A stretch of 64,000 nucleotides of DNA. It comes from an uncultured Pseudomonadota bacterium (GTDB taxonomy: Bacteria > Pseudomonadota > Alphaproteobacteria > JACZXZ01). The notes beneath the pieces are model-generated. The model searched no databases. It was not told where the DNA came from and saw nothing but the letters and a program-made list of their open reading frames with translations. The stretch spans positions 1 to 64,000 of the forward strand of contig CAVVLJ010000020.1 in NCBI GenBank assembly GCA_963749075.1, in the 5' to 3' direction. The position numbers and the translations under genes were made by a program. Shown piece after piece: positions 16,865 to 26,509 of the stretch (the stretch's first letter is position 1; each line of letters starts with the position of its first letter).

Positions 16865-19012
16865 ATGGCGACAGGGTCCGAGGCCAAGATGTCCGACGTG
16901 TTGAGTATCGAGCCCCAGGGCAAGCGCTGGCGCATCAGCCCGACGGTGCTGCTCACGGCGCTCGTGCTGCTGCTGGTCGCCGCCATCGGCGTGTGGCTGG
17001 TCTTCCGCTTCGTGGAGGCCGAGCGGGAGCGGGACATGCTGAACTGGCAGGTGCGGCTCGGCATCGTGGCCGACAGCCGCACGGCCGCCGTCGAGGCCTG
17101 GCTCGGCCAGCAATGGCATGCCGTGGACGGCGTTGCCGACAACGATTCGGCGCGCATCTTCCTCTCGCTCGTGAAGGAAGCCGGCGGCGACGCGAGCAAG
17201 GTGCAGGACGGCGCCGCTCAGGCCCAGTATCTCGAGAACTACCTCAAGGTGACGGCCGACCAGGACGGCTTCAAGGCGCCGGTGCTGGGTGCCGACGTGC
17301 CCGCGGCGGTGCGCCGCATAGGTCTCGCCGGGCTGGCGCTCCTCGATCTCCAGGGCCGGCCGCTGGTGGCGACCCCCGACACGCCGGTCGACGAGGAGGG
17401 CACGCGCCGCTTCATCGCCGGGGCGGGCAAGGCCAAGCGCGCGCTGCGCGACCTCTTCCTCGACCCGGCCAACAGGCCCGCCATGGTGTTCCTGACGCCG
17501 ATCTATGCGGTGCAGGCACCCGAGCTCACGGCCGATCAGCAGGTCGGCTGGGTCGTCGGCATCAAGGAGGTGGGCAGCGAGCTCTATCCCATCCTCAAGC
17601 AGCCGGGCGAGGTCGAGAAGACGGCGGAGACGCTGCTGGTGCGCCGCCAGGGCGCCGTCGTCGAGTATCTCTCTCCCCTCCAGGGCGGCAAGGGCCCGCT
17701 CACCCTCTCGCTCGCGACCAATACCCCCGATCTCGCCGCGGCAGCCGCACTCGCTGCACCCAGCGGCTTCGGGCTCAAGCGCGACTACCGCAACGCCGAG
17801 GTGCTGTACACCAGCCGGCCGGTCGAGGGCACGCCGTGGCTGCTGATCCATAAGGTGGACCGCGCCGAGGCGCTCGCCGATACCGACCGGCGCGGGCGGC
17901 AGCTCCTCACCGTCTTCCTCCTCGCCATCCTCCTGATTACCGCCGGCATCGTCGCCATCTGGCGCCACGGCGCCTCGCAGCGCGCTTCGGCCGCCTCCGC
18001 GCGCTTCCAGGCACTTGCCGTGCGCTTCGAGCACCAGGGCAACTTCCTGCGCCTGGTCACCGACAGCCAGCCCAACGCCATCTTCATCGCCGACGAGGGC
18101 TCGCGCTACCGCTTCGCCAACCGCAAGGCGGCGGAGGAGGCGGGCATCTCGTCCGACGACATGATGGGCAAGACCTTGGCGTCCGTGCTCGGCCCCGACG
18201 CCGCCAAGCGCTACGAGCGGCTCGACCGCTTGACGCTCGAGGAGGAGAAGCAGCAGTCGGCGGTGCACCGCGTGGGCAGCGGCCGCAGCCTGCGCGTGCT
18301 GCAGAGCGTGCACATCCCGCTCACCACCATGCCGGACATCATTCCCCGCGGCGTCCTCGTCGTCGAGCAGGACGTGACCGTCGCGGTGACCGAGCGCGAG
18401 CGGCGCGAGCGGACGCTCGGGAACCTGGTGAAGAGTCTGGTCAGCCTGGTCGACCGGCGCGACCGCTATGCCGCCGACCGCTCGCACCGCGTCGCCACCG
18501 TCGCCCATGCGATCGCGAGCGAGATGGGGCTTGATGCGGTGCTCGTCGAGACCGCCGAGTTCGCCGGCAATCTCCTCAACCTCGGCAAGATCCTGGTGCC
18601 GCAGGAGATCCTGACCCGCGACGGCCGCCTCAGCGAGAAGGAGATCGAGCAGGTGCGCGACAGCGTCCTTGCCGCCGCCGACTTCCTCGAGGAGGTCGAG
18701 TTCGACGGTCCGGTGGTCGATACGCTGCGCCAAAGCCAGGAGAACTGGGACGGTTCCGGCCGGCCGCGCGGCCTCGCCGGCGAGGCCATCCTGCCGACCG
18801 CCCGCGTGGTGGCCGTCGCCAACGCCTTCGTCGCCATGGTGAGCCCGCGCGCCAACCGCCCCGGCCTCGACATGAACGCCGTGATCGAGGCGATGGTGCG
18901 CGGCATGGGCACGCGCTACGACCGCGGCGTGGTGGCCGCCCTCATCAACTTCCTCGACAACAAGGGCGGGCGCAGCGCCTGGGCGGAGTTCTCGACGCTG
19001 CCGCGCTTCTGA
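16865..19012 (+). CDS. Membrane receptor: periplasmic Cache-like domain, PAS, degenerate HD-GYP domain
   Basis: Two TMs flank a ~300-aa periplasmic region; PAS-like TDSQPNAIFIADE..YRFAN; HD-GYP scaffold LLNLGKI...SQENWDGSGRPRGLAGEAI...VANAFVAMVSPRANRP with metal ligands lost. Confidence 0.85.
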   Translation: MATGSEAKMSDVLSIEPQGKRWRISPTVLLTALVLLLVAAIGVWLVFRFVEAERERDMLNWQVRLGIVADSRTAAVEAWLGQQWHAVDGVADNDSARIFLSLVKEAGGDASKVQDGAAQAQYLENYLKVTADQDGFKAPVLGADVPAAVRRIGLAGLALLDLQGRPLVATPDTPVDEEGTRRFIAGAGKAKRALRDLFLDPANRPAMVFLTPIYAVQAPELTADQQVGWVVGIKEVGSELYPILKQPGEVEKTAETLLVRRQGAVVEYLSPLQGGKGPLTLSLATNTPDLAAAAALAAPSGFGLKRDYRNAEVLYTSRPVEGTPWLLIHKVDRAEALADTDRRGRQLLTVFLLAILLITAGIVAIWRHGASQRASAASARFQALAVRFEHQGNFLRLVTDSQPNAIFIADEGSRYRFANRKAAEEAGISSDDMMGKTLASVLGPDAAKRYERLDRLTLEEEKQQSAVHRVGSGRSLRVLQSVHIPLTTMPDIIPRGVLVVEQDVTVAVTERERRERTLGNLVKSLVSLVDRRDRYAADRSHRVATVAHAIASEMGLDAVLVETAEFAGNLLNLGKILVPQEILTRDGRLSEKEIEQVRDSVLAAADFLEEVEFDGPVVDTLRQSQENWDGSGRPRGLAGEAILPTARVVAVANAFVAMVSPRANRPGLDMNAVIEAMVRGMGTRYDRGVVAALINFLDNKGGRSAWAEFSTLPRF

Positions 19013-19114
19013 GGACTGAGCCGCCGCCGGCGCGCGCGGCCTTTGCATTCGGGCGGTGCCGCCCCATCTCAAGACGATGGGCGCCGGCGCCCTGCCGTTT
19101 GAGGAGAGAGCAGC

Positions 19115-19882
19115 ATGCTGAGGCGCCTCTTCGCGTCGCGAGCGCAGCCGGTTGAACGCACGGCCTCGGTGCCGGCGGGAAGCCGCGTCTACGCGATCGG
19201 CGACATCCATGGCCGGGCCGACCTCCTGGAGGCGCTGCACGCGCAAATCGCCGCGGATGCCGCGGGTGCCGCGGCCGGGCGCCGCGTGGTGATCTACCTC
19301 GGCGACTACGTGGACCGCGGCCTGCAGTCCCGCGAGGTGATCGACCTCCTGCTCGATGCGCCGCTCGCCGGCTTCGAGAGCGTTCACCTCAAGGGCAATC
19401 ACGAGGACTTCATGCTGCGCTTCCTCGACGCGCCCAAGGCCGGGCCCGGCTGGTTCATGAACGGCGGCGGCGCCACGCTCTACAGCTACGGCGTGCGCAT
19501 GCTGGAGCGCGGCGTCGACCTCACGCGGTTCGATCAGTTGCGCGGGCAGCTCATCGCCAACCTGCCCGAGCGGCATCGCGCCTTCCTCGCGGCACTCAAG
19601 CTCTGGCACGTCGAGGGCGGCTATTTCTTCGTGCACGCCGGCGTGCGGCCCGGCGTCCCGCTCGAGGCGCAGCGCGACGAGGACACCCTCTGGATCCGCG
19701 AGCGCTTTCTCGACGACGACCGCGACCACGGCAAGATCGTGGTGCACGGCCACACGATCACCGGCGAGCCCGACGTGCGGGCCAACCGCATCGGCATCGA
19801 CACCGGCGCCTACGCGACCGGCGTGCTCACCTCCCTCGTGCTCGAGGGCAGCGAACGGCGCTTCCTCAAGACCGCCGCCTGA
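19115..19882 (+). CDS. Calcineurin-like metallophosphoesterase (PrpA/PphA-type protein phosphatase)
   Basis: GDIHG, GDYVDRG, GNHE, VHAG, VHGHT, IDTGA. Confidence 0.92.
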   Translation: MLRRLFASRAQPVERTASVPAGSRVYAIGDIHGRADLLEALHAQIAADAAGAAAGRRVVIYLGDYVDRGLQSREVIDLLLDAPLAGFESVHLKGNHEDFMLRFLDAPKAGPGWFMNGGGATLYSYGVRMLERGVDLTRFDQLRGQLIANLPERHRAFLAALKLWHVEGGYFFVHAGVRPGVPLEAQRDEDTLWIRERFLDDDRDHGKIVVHGHTITGEPDVRANRIGIDTGAYATGVLTSLVLEGSERRFLKTAA

Positions 19883-19918
19883 AGACCTCGCGGCGCCTGC
19901 GCCCATGAGCGCGCGTCC

Positions 19919-20905
19919 ATGACGCCCGGCCTCTTCCGGCTTCTCTTGGCAACCATCGTCGTCGTCGGCCATTTCTCGCGCATGGCGCTCGGCACCATGG
20001 CGGTCTATGTGTTCTTCGTCCTGAGCGGCTATTGGATATGCCGCATGTGGGACGGCAAGTATTCGCGGCACGCCAAGCCCTGCGCGACCTTCATCCTCTC
20101 CCGCTTCTGGCGGCTGCTGCCGAGCTTTCTCCTCGTCAATGTGCTGGCGATCGGCGGTTATTGGCTTGCGGGAGAGCCGATCGCGATGTCGCTGCGCTCG
20201 GCGTTCTCGAACTTGGCGTTGCTCGGCTATGCGAGCATGCCCTCGGCGCACTACATAGATCCAGCCTGGTCGCTCGATATCGAGGTTCAGTTCTACATCT
20301 GCGCCCCGCTCGCTCTGGCGGCGCTCGCGCCGCACCGCCGGTCCGCCTGGGCGCTCCTCGCCGCGCTGTCGGCGGGCAGCCTGCTTTTCCTCCTCACGCA
20401 GTCCGAGACCATCTTTCCCGTCTTCCTGCCCTTTGCGGCATTCTTCGCCATGGGCATCGCCGCGGCCAAATTCGACTGGTGCCCGCCGGGGAAGCTCGCG
20501 CTCGCTTCGGCGGTGCTGGTCGTAGGCTCGATCGTGGTGGCCACCGCTCTGCCGGCGACGCGCGGCGTCATCCTCGGCGGCAGCACGCCCGACATGACGG
20601 TCTTCCGCTTCCACGGTGCGGCCAATGCCGCGCTCGCGGTGCTCGCAGCACCCTTAGCCCTGTCGACCGTGTGGCGGCGCGCGTCGCACCACGACCGCAT
20701 GGCCGGCGACCTCTCCTACATCGTCTATCTTCTGCATTGGCAGATCGCGCTCTTGGTCGGCCTCTATTGGGGCGCTCTCCCGCCGCTCAGCCGGGCGCCT
20801 TATGTCCTCGCCGGATTCGTCGTCGTCTACGGCGGATCTTACGTGATCTGGCGCTACTACGACCGGCCGATCAACGCGTGGCGCGAGCGCGCAATCGTTT
20901 CATGA
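19919..20905 (+). CDS. Acyltransferase family 3 (OafA-like) membrane O-acyltransferase
   Basis: FFVLSGY, SRFWRLLP, WSLDIEVQFY, GDLSYIVYLLH. Confidence 0.88.
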   Translation: MTPGLFRLLLATIVVVGHFSRMALGTMAVYVFFVLSGYWICRMWDGKYSRHAKPCATFILSRFWRLLPSFLLVNVLAIGGYWLAGEPIAMSLRSAFSNLALLGYASMPSAHYIDPAWSLDIEVQFYICAPLALAALAPHRRSAWALLAALSAGSLLFLLTQSETIFPVFLPFAAFFAMGIAAAKFDWCPPGKLALASAVLVVGSIVVATALPATRGVILGGSTPDMTVFRFHGAANAALAVLAAPLALSTVWRRASHHDRMAGDLSYIVYLLHWQIALLVGLYWGALPPLSRAPYVLAGFVVVYGGSYVIWRYYDRPINAWRERAIVS

Positions 20906-20977
20906 CGCGGCCTCCGCCGCAGGGTCGGTGATGCTCTCAGGCGCGCGAGCCGCGCGTCGCGCCGGTCGGAAGCACCC

Positions 20978-22429
20978 TCAGCGCTCGCGTCCCGCCACCG
21001 GGCGCCGTGCCAGGATGCGGCCGTTGGCCCTGCTGTTGCGAAACGCGACGCGGCGCAGCGGCGCCTGCACCGCGCGCGGTACCGAGGCGCGCTCGAGGTG
21101 GGGCAGCTTGCACAGGAGTCCCGTGAAGATCCAAAAATACGTATTCATCGGGTCGACGTTGATCAACCAGCCCTTGATGCTGTTGATGGCCATGATGACG
21201 AAGAAGGCCGTGTAGGCCGCGGCCATCGTCTTGAGCTGCGGCGAGTGAAGCGCGCGGCGCGCCCTGAGGCCGGTCACGATGATGGTGCCGAAGAGCGCGA
21301 AGATCGCGATCAGCCCGGGGAAGCCCAGCTCGATGATCGACTTCGTGTAATAGCTCTCGATGTTGAAGGGCAGGTTCATCGACGGCAGGGCCTGATCCGG
21401 AAAGGCGTAGCGCGCGGGCCCGGTATCGGCGCCGGTGCCCATGCCGAACGGCAGCGTCTCCAGCGCCTCGACGGGGCTCTGGAGGACGAATTCCTCGCCA
21501 TATCTCCCGGTGAGCTCGCTGGTGACGCCGAGCACCGCGAGGGGGTCGACGCCGCCGAGATCGAGCGCGCCATAGACGAGGACCGGGACGATGATCACGG
21601 CGGCCGCCACGCCCTTGAGCCGGCCGTCCAGCGTGTAGAGCGCCACCACCAGCATCGGCGTGAAGAGATAGGCCGAGCGCAGCCCGGCGAGGAAGGAGGC
21701 GATGACCACCAGATAGAAGGCAAGCCCGCCGAAGCGCCGCCACTTCCAGGATGGGTCGACCCGCTTGACGATGTAAGTCACGACGGTCATCGAGAGGAGG
21801 AAGCCGTAATACTGCGACGAGAAGGAGAAGGTCGAGGGAATGCGAAAGAATTTGCCGCCGTAGTCGAACGTCCCGAAGTCGTTCGTCGCCGCCTTGGCGG
21901 CACCGCCGTAGAACAGCTGCATGGCCTCGCGGTACCCGATGCTGGCGGAGAGGAACCACTGCAGCACTCCGATCGCACAGGGGATCACGGCGAGCACCGT
22001 CATCAGGCGCAGCAGGCGAATGTGATCCGCCGGCCGCCGGATCATCGCCGTCATGACGAACACGAGCGGCAGATAGAACAGCCACACCTTGACGCCGATC
22101 GCCGCCGCGAGGAGAGCGGTCACCCCGGGATTGACGGTTTGCATCACCACGAGGGCGGCCAGAAAGCCCATGGCCAGAACCAGGGTTCCCGGCACCTGCG
22201 AACCCTTGAGCTCCTTCGGATGGAGAAGGAAGAGCGAGACGTAGAGCGGAATGACGAAGAGGATGTCCTTGAGCATCAGCGCGATCGGATTGTGATCGGT
22301 GAGCAGGATCGGGATGCCGGTGAAGGGGGTGAGCAGCAAGAGGCCGTAGATCGCCTTGCGCCAGTCGAGGATGGCGACGAACCACATCACGATGAGGCCG
22401 ACGGCGCCGATGGCAAAGACGAGAATCAT
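20978..22429 (-). CDS. Wzy-like polysaccharide polymerase / O-antigen-ligase-like membrane protein
   Basis: About 11-12 TMs, RIPSTFSF, GLRSA, PFGMGTG, ESYYTKSIIELG; located in the polysaccharide locus. Confidence 0.65.
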   Translation of the reverse strand: MILVFAIGAVGLIVMWFVAILDWRKAIYGLLLLTPFTGIPILLTDHNPIALMLKDILFVIPLYVSLFLLHPKELKGSQVPGTLVLAMGFLAALVVMQTVNPGVTALLAAAIGVKVWLFYLPLVFVMTAMIRRPADHIRLLRLMTVLAVIPCAIGVLQWFLSASIGYREAMQLFYGGAAKAATNDFGTFDYGGKFFRIPSTFSFSSQYYGFLLSMTVVTYIVKRVDPSWKWRRFGGLAFYLVVIASFLAGLRSAYLFTPMLVVALYTLDGRLKGVAAAVIIVPVLVYGALDLGGVDPLAVLGVTSELTGRYGEEFVLQSPVEALETLPFGMGTGADTGPARYAFPDQALPSMNLPFNIESYYTKSIIELGFPGLIAIFALFGTIIVTGLRARRALHSPQLKTMAAAYTAFFVIMAINSIKGWLINVDPMNTYFWIFTGLLCKLPHLERASVPRAVQAPLRRVAFRNSRANGRILARRPVAGRER

Positions 22430-22519
22430 GGAGCGCTCTCAACTGCGGAAGACGATTGTTAAAGCTACCATATTTCGCGCCCGCATTGGCAAAAAGCAGC
22501 GTTCCGGCGAGCCTGCGCC

Positions 22520-23476
22520 TCAGCGGTCGCGAGCGAGCCAGTCGAGCGTCAGGCGCAGGCCCCGGCTGAGCGGCGTCTCCGCGCGCACGCCAAGAGCCTC
22601 CGCCGCCCGCTCACCGCTGCCGATCGAGACTCGGATGTCGCCCTTGCGCGGGGGTGCGAAGGCGAGCCGGGGTGCCGCGCCATAGAGCTCGCCGAGCAGC
22701 TCCGCTAGCTCCTTGATGCTGGTCGCCCGCCCCGTGCAGACGTTGTAGACGGCGGCACCGGGCGCCGCCGCCGCGGCGAGCACCGTCATCGCCGCCAAAA
22801 ACGCCCTGACCGCGTCGGCGACATAGACGAAATCGCGCACCTGCCCGCCGTCGCCGAAGACGACAAGCGGCTCGCCGGCGATGAGCCGCCCGGCGAAGAT
22901 CGAGATGACGCCCGAGTAGGGCGAGCTCGGGTCCTGGCGCGGGCCATAGACGTTGAAGAGGCGGAGGCCCATGGTGGGCACGCCGTGGACGTGGGCGGCG
23001 ACGCGGGCATGGAGCTCGCAGCCGGCCTTGTCGGCGGCATAGGCCGAGAGCGGCTGCCAGGGTGCGCTCTCCGTCAAGGGGACATTCGGGTTGTCGCCGT
23101 AAACGGCGGCGGAGGAGGCGTAGACGACGGGGACCGGCCGGCCGTCGCGGGTGCTGCGTGCCTTATCGAAGATCTGGATGGTGCCGCCGAGATTGACCCG
23201 GTGCGTGCCCGTCCAGTCCTCGCTGCCGCGCTCGACCGAGGCGATCGCCGCGAGGTGGAAGCAGCCGTCGACCCCCTGCATCGCCGTGGCGACGGCCGCC
23301 GGATCGGCCACGTCTGCGACATGGAGCTCGCACGCCGCCGGCAGGTTCTCGCGCTTGCCGGTCGAGAGATCGTCGAGCGCGCGCACGCGATGCCCCGCCG
23401 CAAGAAGCGCCTCGGCGAGGTGGGAGCCGATGAAGCCGCAGCCGCCGGTTACGAGATAATGGGCCACGGGCGCCAT
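22520..23476 (-). CDS. NAD-dependent nucleotide-sugar epimerase (UDP-glucose 4-epimerase-like)
   Basis: TGGCGFIG, YASSAAVYG, YAADK, FNVYGPRQDPSSPYSGVI, RDFVYV. Confidence 0.92.
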   Translation of the reverse strand: MAPVAHYLVTGGCGFIGSHLAEALLAAGHRVRALDDLSTGKRENLPAACELHVADVADPAAVATAMQGVDGCFHLAAIASVERGSEDWTGTHRVNLGGTIQIFDKARSTRDGRPVPVVYASSAAVYGDNPNVPLTESAPWQPLSAYAADKAGCELHARVAAHVHGVPTMGLRLFNVYGPRQDPSSPYSGVISIFAGRLIAGEPLVVFGDGGQVRDFVYVADAVRAFLAAMTVLAAAAAPGAAVYNVCTGRATSIKELAELLGELYGAAPRLAFAPPRKGDIRVSIGSGERAAEALGVRAETPLSRGLRLTLDWLARDR

Positions 23477-23485
23477 CTTATGGGG

Positions 23486-24730
23486 TCACAGGCCGGCGAG
23501 CCAGCTCGCGAGCCGCGCATGATAGCGTGGCCAGCTATGCTCCTCCGCGCGCGCGCGTGCGTTCCGCCCGAGCGTCCTCAGGAGTGCGCGGTCCCGGTAG
23601 AGCAGCGTGATCTTGGCGCAAAGCGCGTCCACGTCGCGGATCGGCACGATGTAGCCGTCCACGCCGTCGCGCACCACCGAGCCGGCGTTGGGCGTGGTGA
23701 TCACGGGCAGGCCCGAGGCGAGCGCCTCGAAGACGACGAGCGCCGAGCCCTCATGGAGACTGGGGAAGACGAAGACGTTGGCCTCGCGATAATGCTGCTG
23801 GATTTCCCGGTTGGGCACATAGGGGATGTGGCGGTAGAGCCCCGCGTAGCTCTGCAAGCCGCTGCCGCTCCCTGCGAGGGAGCCGATGAGGGTGAGCTCG
23901 AGCCCGGGCAGCGCCAGTCGCTTGACGGCCTCGAGGAGGTATTTGATGCCCTTCTTCTGGCTGAGCCGGCCGACGAAGAGCAGGCGAAAGCGCGCGCCGT
24001 CCTCGGTGTCCTCGTGCGTCCCCGCGCGCGGCGTGAAGCGCTCCGTGTCGACGCCGTAGGGCAGACTCACGATCCTTCCGCGCGCGATGCCGAGTGCGGT
24101 CAGCGTGTCGCGCACGTAGTCCGAGGGCGCCAGGATCCAGTCGGCGAGCTCGAGCTCCGCAAGCGCGTGCGGAATGACCCACGCGGGCTCGCGGTCGACG
24201 AGCTCCTCGGCGAAATCCGGCTGCAGCCGCATCTCCTCCTGGTTCAAGCGAAGTGCCGCCCCGAGAAAGCCGGTCGTCTGGTCGAGGATGCAGATGACGC
24301 CCGCGGCCTTGGCGGCACGGAAGGTCTCGAGCGACGCAATGTCATGGCCGATCACCGCCTTCGGCCGGCGCGCTGCCACGATGCGGCCGGCCCAGCGCTC
24401 CACCCATTCGAGCTTCCAGCGCCGGAGCGCGGGCAGCCTCTCGCGCAGCGCCGGGGTGCGCTCGATGGCGAAATCCACGAGCGCGAAGGGCGCCAGAAAG
24501 CGGACGCGCCGCTCGTCGAGCCCGGCGAAGTTGCGCCGCGCGAGGTAGCGCCTGGCGCGCGCCTGGATGCCGTGCGGCAGCAGGCCGAGCCAGGACCAGA
24601 AGGGCGAGCCGGGCTTGTAATAGAATGCCGTGAGCAGGCAGTCGAGCATGCCGGCTTGCTGCAGACCGTAGGCCGTCTGGTAGCTGTGATGGGTATAGGG
24701 ATTGAAGACGATCACCCGGTCCTTTGTCAT
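23486..24730 (-). CDS. Glycosyltransferase family 4
   Basis: YGVD, LFVGRLSQKKG, FPSLHEGSALVVFEALASGLPVI; real start MTKDRV. Confidence 0.9.
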   Translation of the reverse strand: MTKDRVIVFNPYTHHSYQTAYGLQQAGMLDCLLTAFYYKPGSPFWSWLGLLPHGIQARARRYLARRNFAGLDERRVRFLAPFALVDFAIERTPALRERLPALRRWKLEWVERWAGRIVAARRPKAVIGHDIASLETFRAAKAAGVICILDQTTGFLGAALRLNQEEMRLQPDFAEELVDREPAWVIPHALAELELADWILAPSDYVRDTLTALGIARGRIVSLPYGVDTERFTPRAGTHEDTEDGARFRLLFVGRLSQKKGIKYLLEAVKRLALPGLELTLIGSLAGSGSGLQSYAGLYRHIPYVPNREIQQHYREANVFVFPSLHEGSALVVFEALASGLPVITTPNAGSVVRDGVDGYIVPIRDVDALCAKITLLYRDRALLRTLGRNARARAEEHSWPRYHARLASWLAGL

Positions 24731-24786
24731 CGTGCCTGCCGTGTCACCTCGGCTCGCCTCGTCTGGAGCTTTTGCAAGAATTCGGG

Positions 24787-26079
24787 CTAGCGCGCGCCGA
24801 GCACGTCCTTGAACAGGCTTGCGACGCGCGACAGGTCGGCCGATGTCGGCGCGAAGAGCGAGAGGAGCGTCATGTCGAGTTGGCGAGGTACTGCGATCGC
24901 GAGCACGACGAAGGCACCCGTCTGGGCCAGCGAGCATGCCGCCGCGGCGCCGGTGATGCCGAAGTAGGGAATGAGCGCGACGAGGCCGATGGCGCAGAGA
25001 ATGAGCGCCGCGAGCTCCGAGGCGATGATCGTGCGCGTCTTGCCGACCGCCTTGAAGGCAGCACCCAGGAGGGACTTGCAGGCGGTCGGTGCGATGCCGA
25101 TGGCGAAGACCTGCACCGACGCGACGGCCGGATGGTAGGCCTTGCCGTAGATCGCGGTGATCAGCCAGGGTGCCAGAACGAAGAGGAGGGCGCCGCCGCC
25201 GATCGAGAGTGCCGCGGCAAGCCGCAGGTAGCGGCCGAGCGCCTGGGCGCGCGCCGCGGTGCTCTCCGCCGCCGCCACCTTGGGAAAGACGAGCGAGCCC
25301 AAGAGCGTGACCAGTCCCGAGGCGCTGCCATAGACCGTGACCGCGATGAGGTAGTAGCCGAACTCGGCGGCGGGAAACCAGCGGTTCACCAGGATCTGAT
25401 CGAGGCGCTGATTGGCGAGTGCGAGGAGGTTCGCGATGTGGATCCTGAAGCCGTAGCCGAGCATCTCCTTCATGAGCCCCGCACGCGGCCTCACGCCGAA
25501 CTCGCCCGCGCGGTGGAGGAGCACCGCACCCGTCACGTAGACGATCAGGTTCGCCAGCAGCGAGGCGGCGGCGAAGGCGCTCACCGTGGCGTCGTCCGTG
25601 ATCCAGATGAGGACGGCGAAAAGCGCGTAGGCGCTGGAGAGGAGGACGCGCAGCAGGTTCCACAGGTCGAACCTGCGGTCCGCCTGGAAAGCGGCGACGA
25701 CGTAGCTGCTGGCGAAGCTGAGCGGGATGATCAATAGATAGACATCGGCCGTCTGACGCACTTCGGCGCGCTCGCCCGCATTGAGGTAGCCGAGGGCGAC
25801 GGCTCCCGCGGCCATGAGGACGACGCTCAGGACGGCGCCGATCGCGAAGGCCGATGCGATGACCCGCCGCATGTCCTGAGGCCTGCTGGCGCCGAAGTAT
25901 ATGATGGCGTCGGTGATGGCAAAGGCGCCGAGCGAGGCGATGAGCGTCGGCCACAGCATGATCTGCCCGAGCTCGCCGCGCCCGACGGGCAGCAGCAGGC
26001 GGGCCATGAGCACGCCGCCGAGGAAATTGGCGGCGAGCCCGATCATCTGCGCGAGATACGAAGTGAAGACGTCCTTCAT
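24787..26079 (-). CDS. wzx: Oligosaccharide flippase (Wzx/MOP family)
   Basis: ARLLLPVGRG, NQRLDQILV, GYYLIA, LIPYFGITGAAAA; about 12 TMs. The upstream ATG at 26133 is an alternative start. Confidence 0.85.
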   Translation of the reverse strand: MKDVFTSYLAQMIGLAANFLGGVLMARLLLPVGRGELGQIMLWPTLIASLGAFAITDAIIYFGASRPQDMRRVIASAFAIGAVLSVVLMAAGAVALGYLNAGERAEVRQTADVYLLIIPLSFASSYVVAAFQADRRFDLWNLLRVLLSSAYALFAVLIWITDDATVSAFAAASLLANLIVYVTGAVLLHRAGEFGVRPRAGLMKEMLGYGFRIHIANLLALANQRLDQILVNRWFPAAEFGYYLIAVTVYGSASGLVTLLGSLVFPKVAAAESTAARAQALGRYLRLAAALSIGGGALLFVLAPWLITAIYGKAYHPAVASVQVFAIGIAPTACKSLLGAAFKAVGKTRTIIASELAALILCAIGLVALIPYFGITGAAAACSLAQTGAFVVLAIAVPRQLDMTLLSLFAPTSADLSRVASLFKDVLGAR

Positions 26080-26321
26080 CGCCCTGGAACATCCCTCCGC
26101 CGCGGGCGGCAACACTTTGACCGGCGTTACCATACAAGACTTGCCGGTAAAATTCCCTCGACATCGAGGGGCCGGCGGCCGCCAAGGCGGCCCTCTCGCC
26201 CATTGTCAGGGCACGCGCAGAACGCCTACCCTGAAGACCCGTAGGGGCGTAAACGAACCCTTGGCCTCGTCCTGGAATGCCTCCAACTTGCTTCCGACAT
26301 CCCCGCCTGACCAAATGGGCA

Positions 26322-26459
26322 TCGCCTATGGCCGCCTCGCCCTTCGAGACGCGCGCTTTGCGCGCTCCTCAGGGTGAGGCGGCCCCCAGGTTTGGCGGAT
26401 TTCCTCATCCTGAGGAGGGCCGCAGGCCCGTCTCGAAGGATGGGGAAATCCGTTCGGCG
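26322..26459 (+). repeat. 138-bp palindromic mosaic intergenic element (alphaproteobacterial RIME-like), copy 1
   Basis: CCTTCGAGACG-hairpin-CTCCTCAGGGTGAGG...CCTCATCCTGAGGAG-hairpin-CGTCTCGAAGG; reverse complement of 30878-31015. Confidence 0.88.
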
Positions 26460-26509
26460 GCAAATGTCGTTGCGCCTCGCATAGATCATCTTGGCGAAAA
26501 GCCCGCGCT

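Noticed and set aside
16709-20614. 1301-aa minus-strand ORF and other long antisense ORFs (8315-10672, 13435-15570, 28942-30867, 33263-35017, 36758-38986, 44346-46223)
   Set aside because: Shadow ORFs opposite genes with clear motifs, expected at high GC; no recognisable domains.
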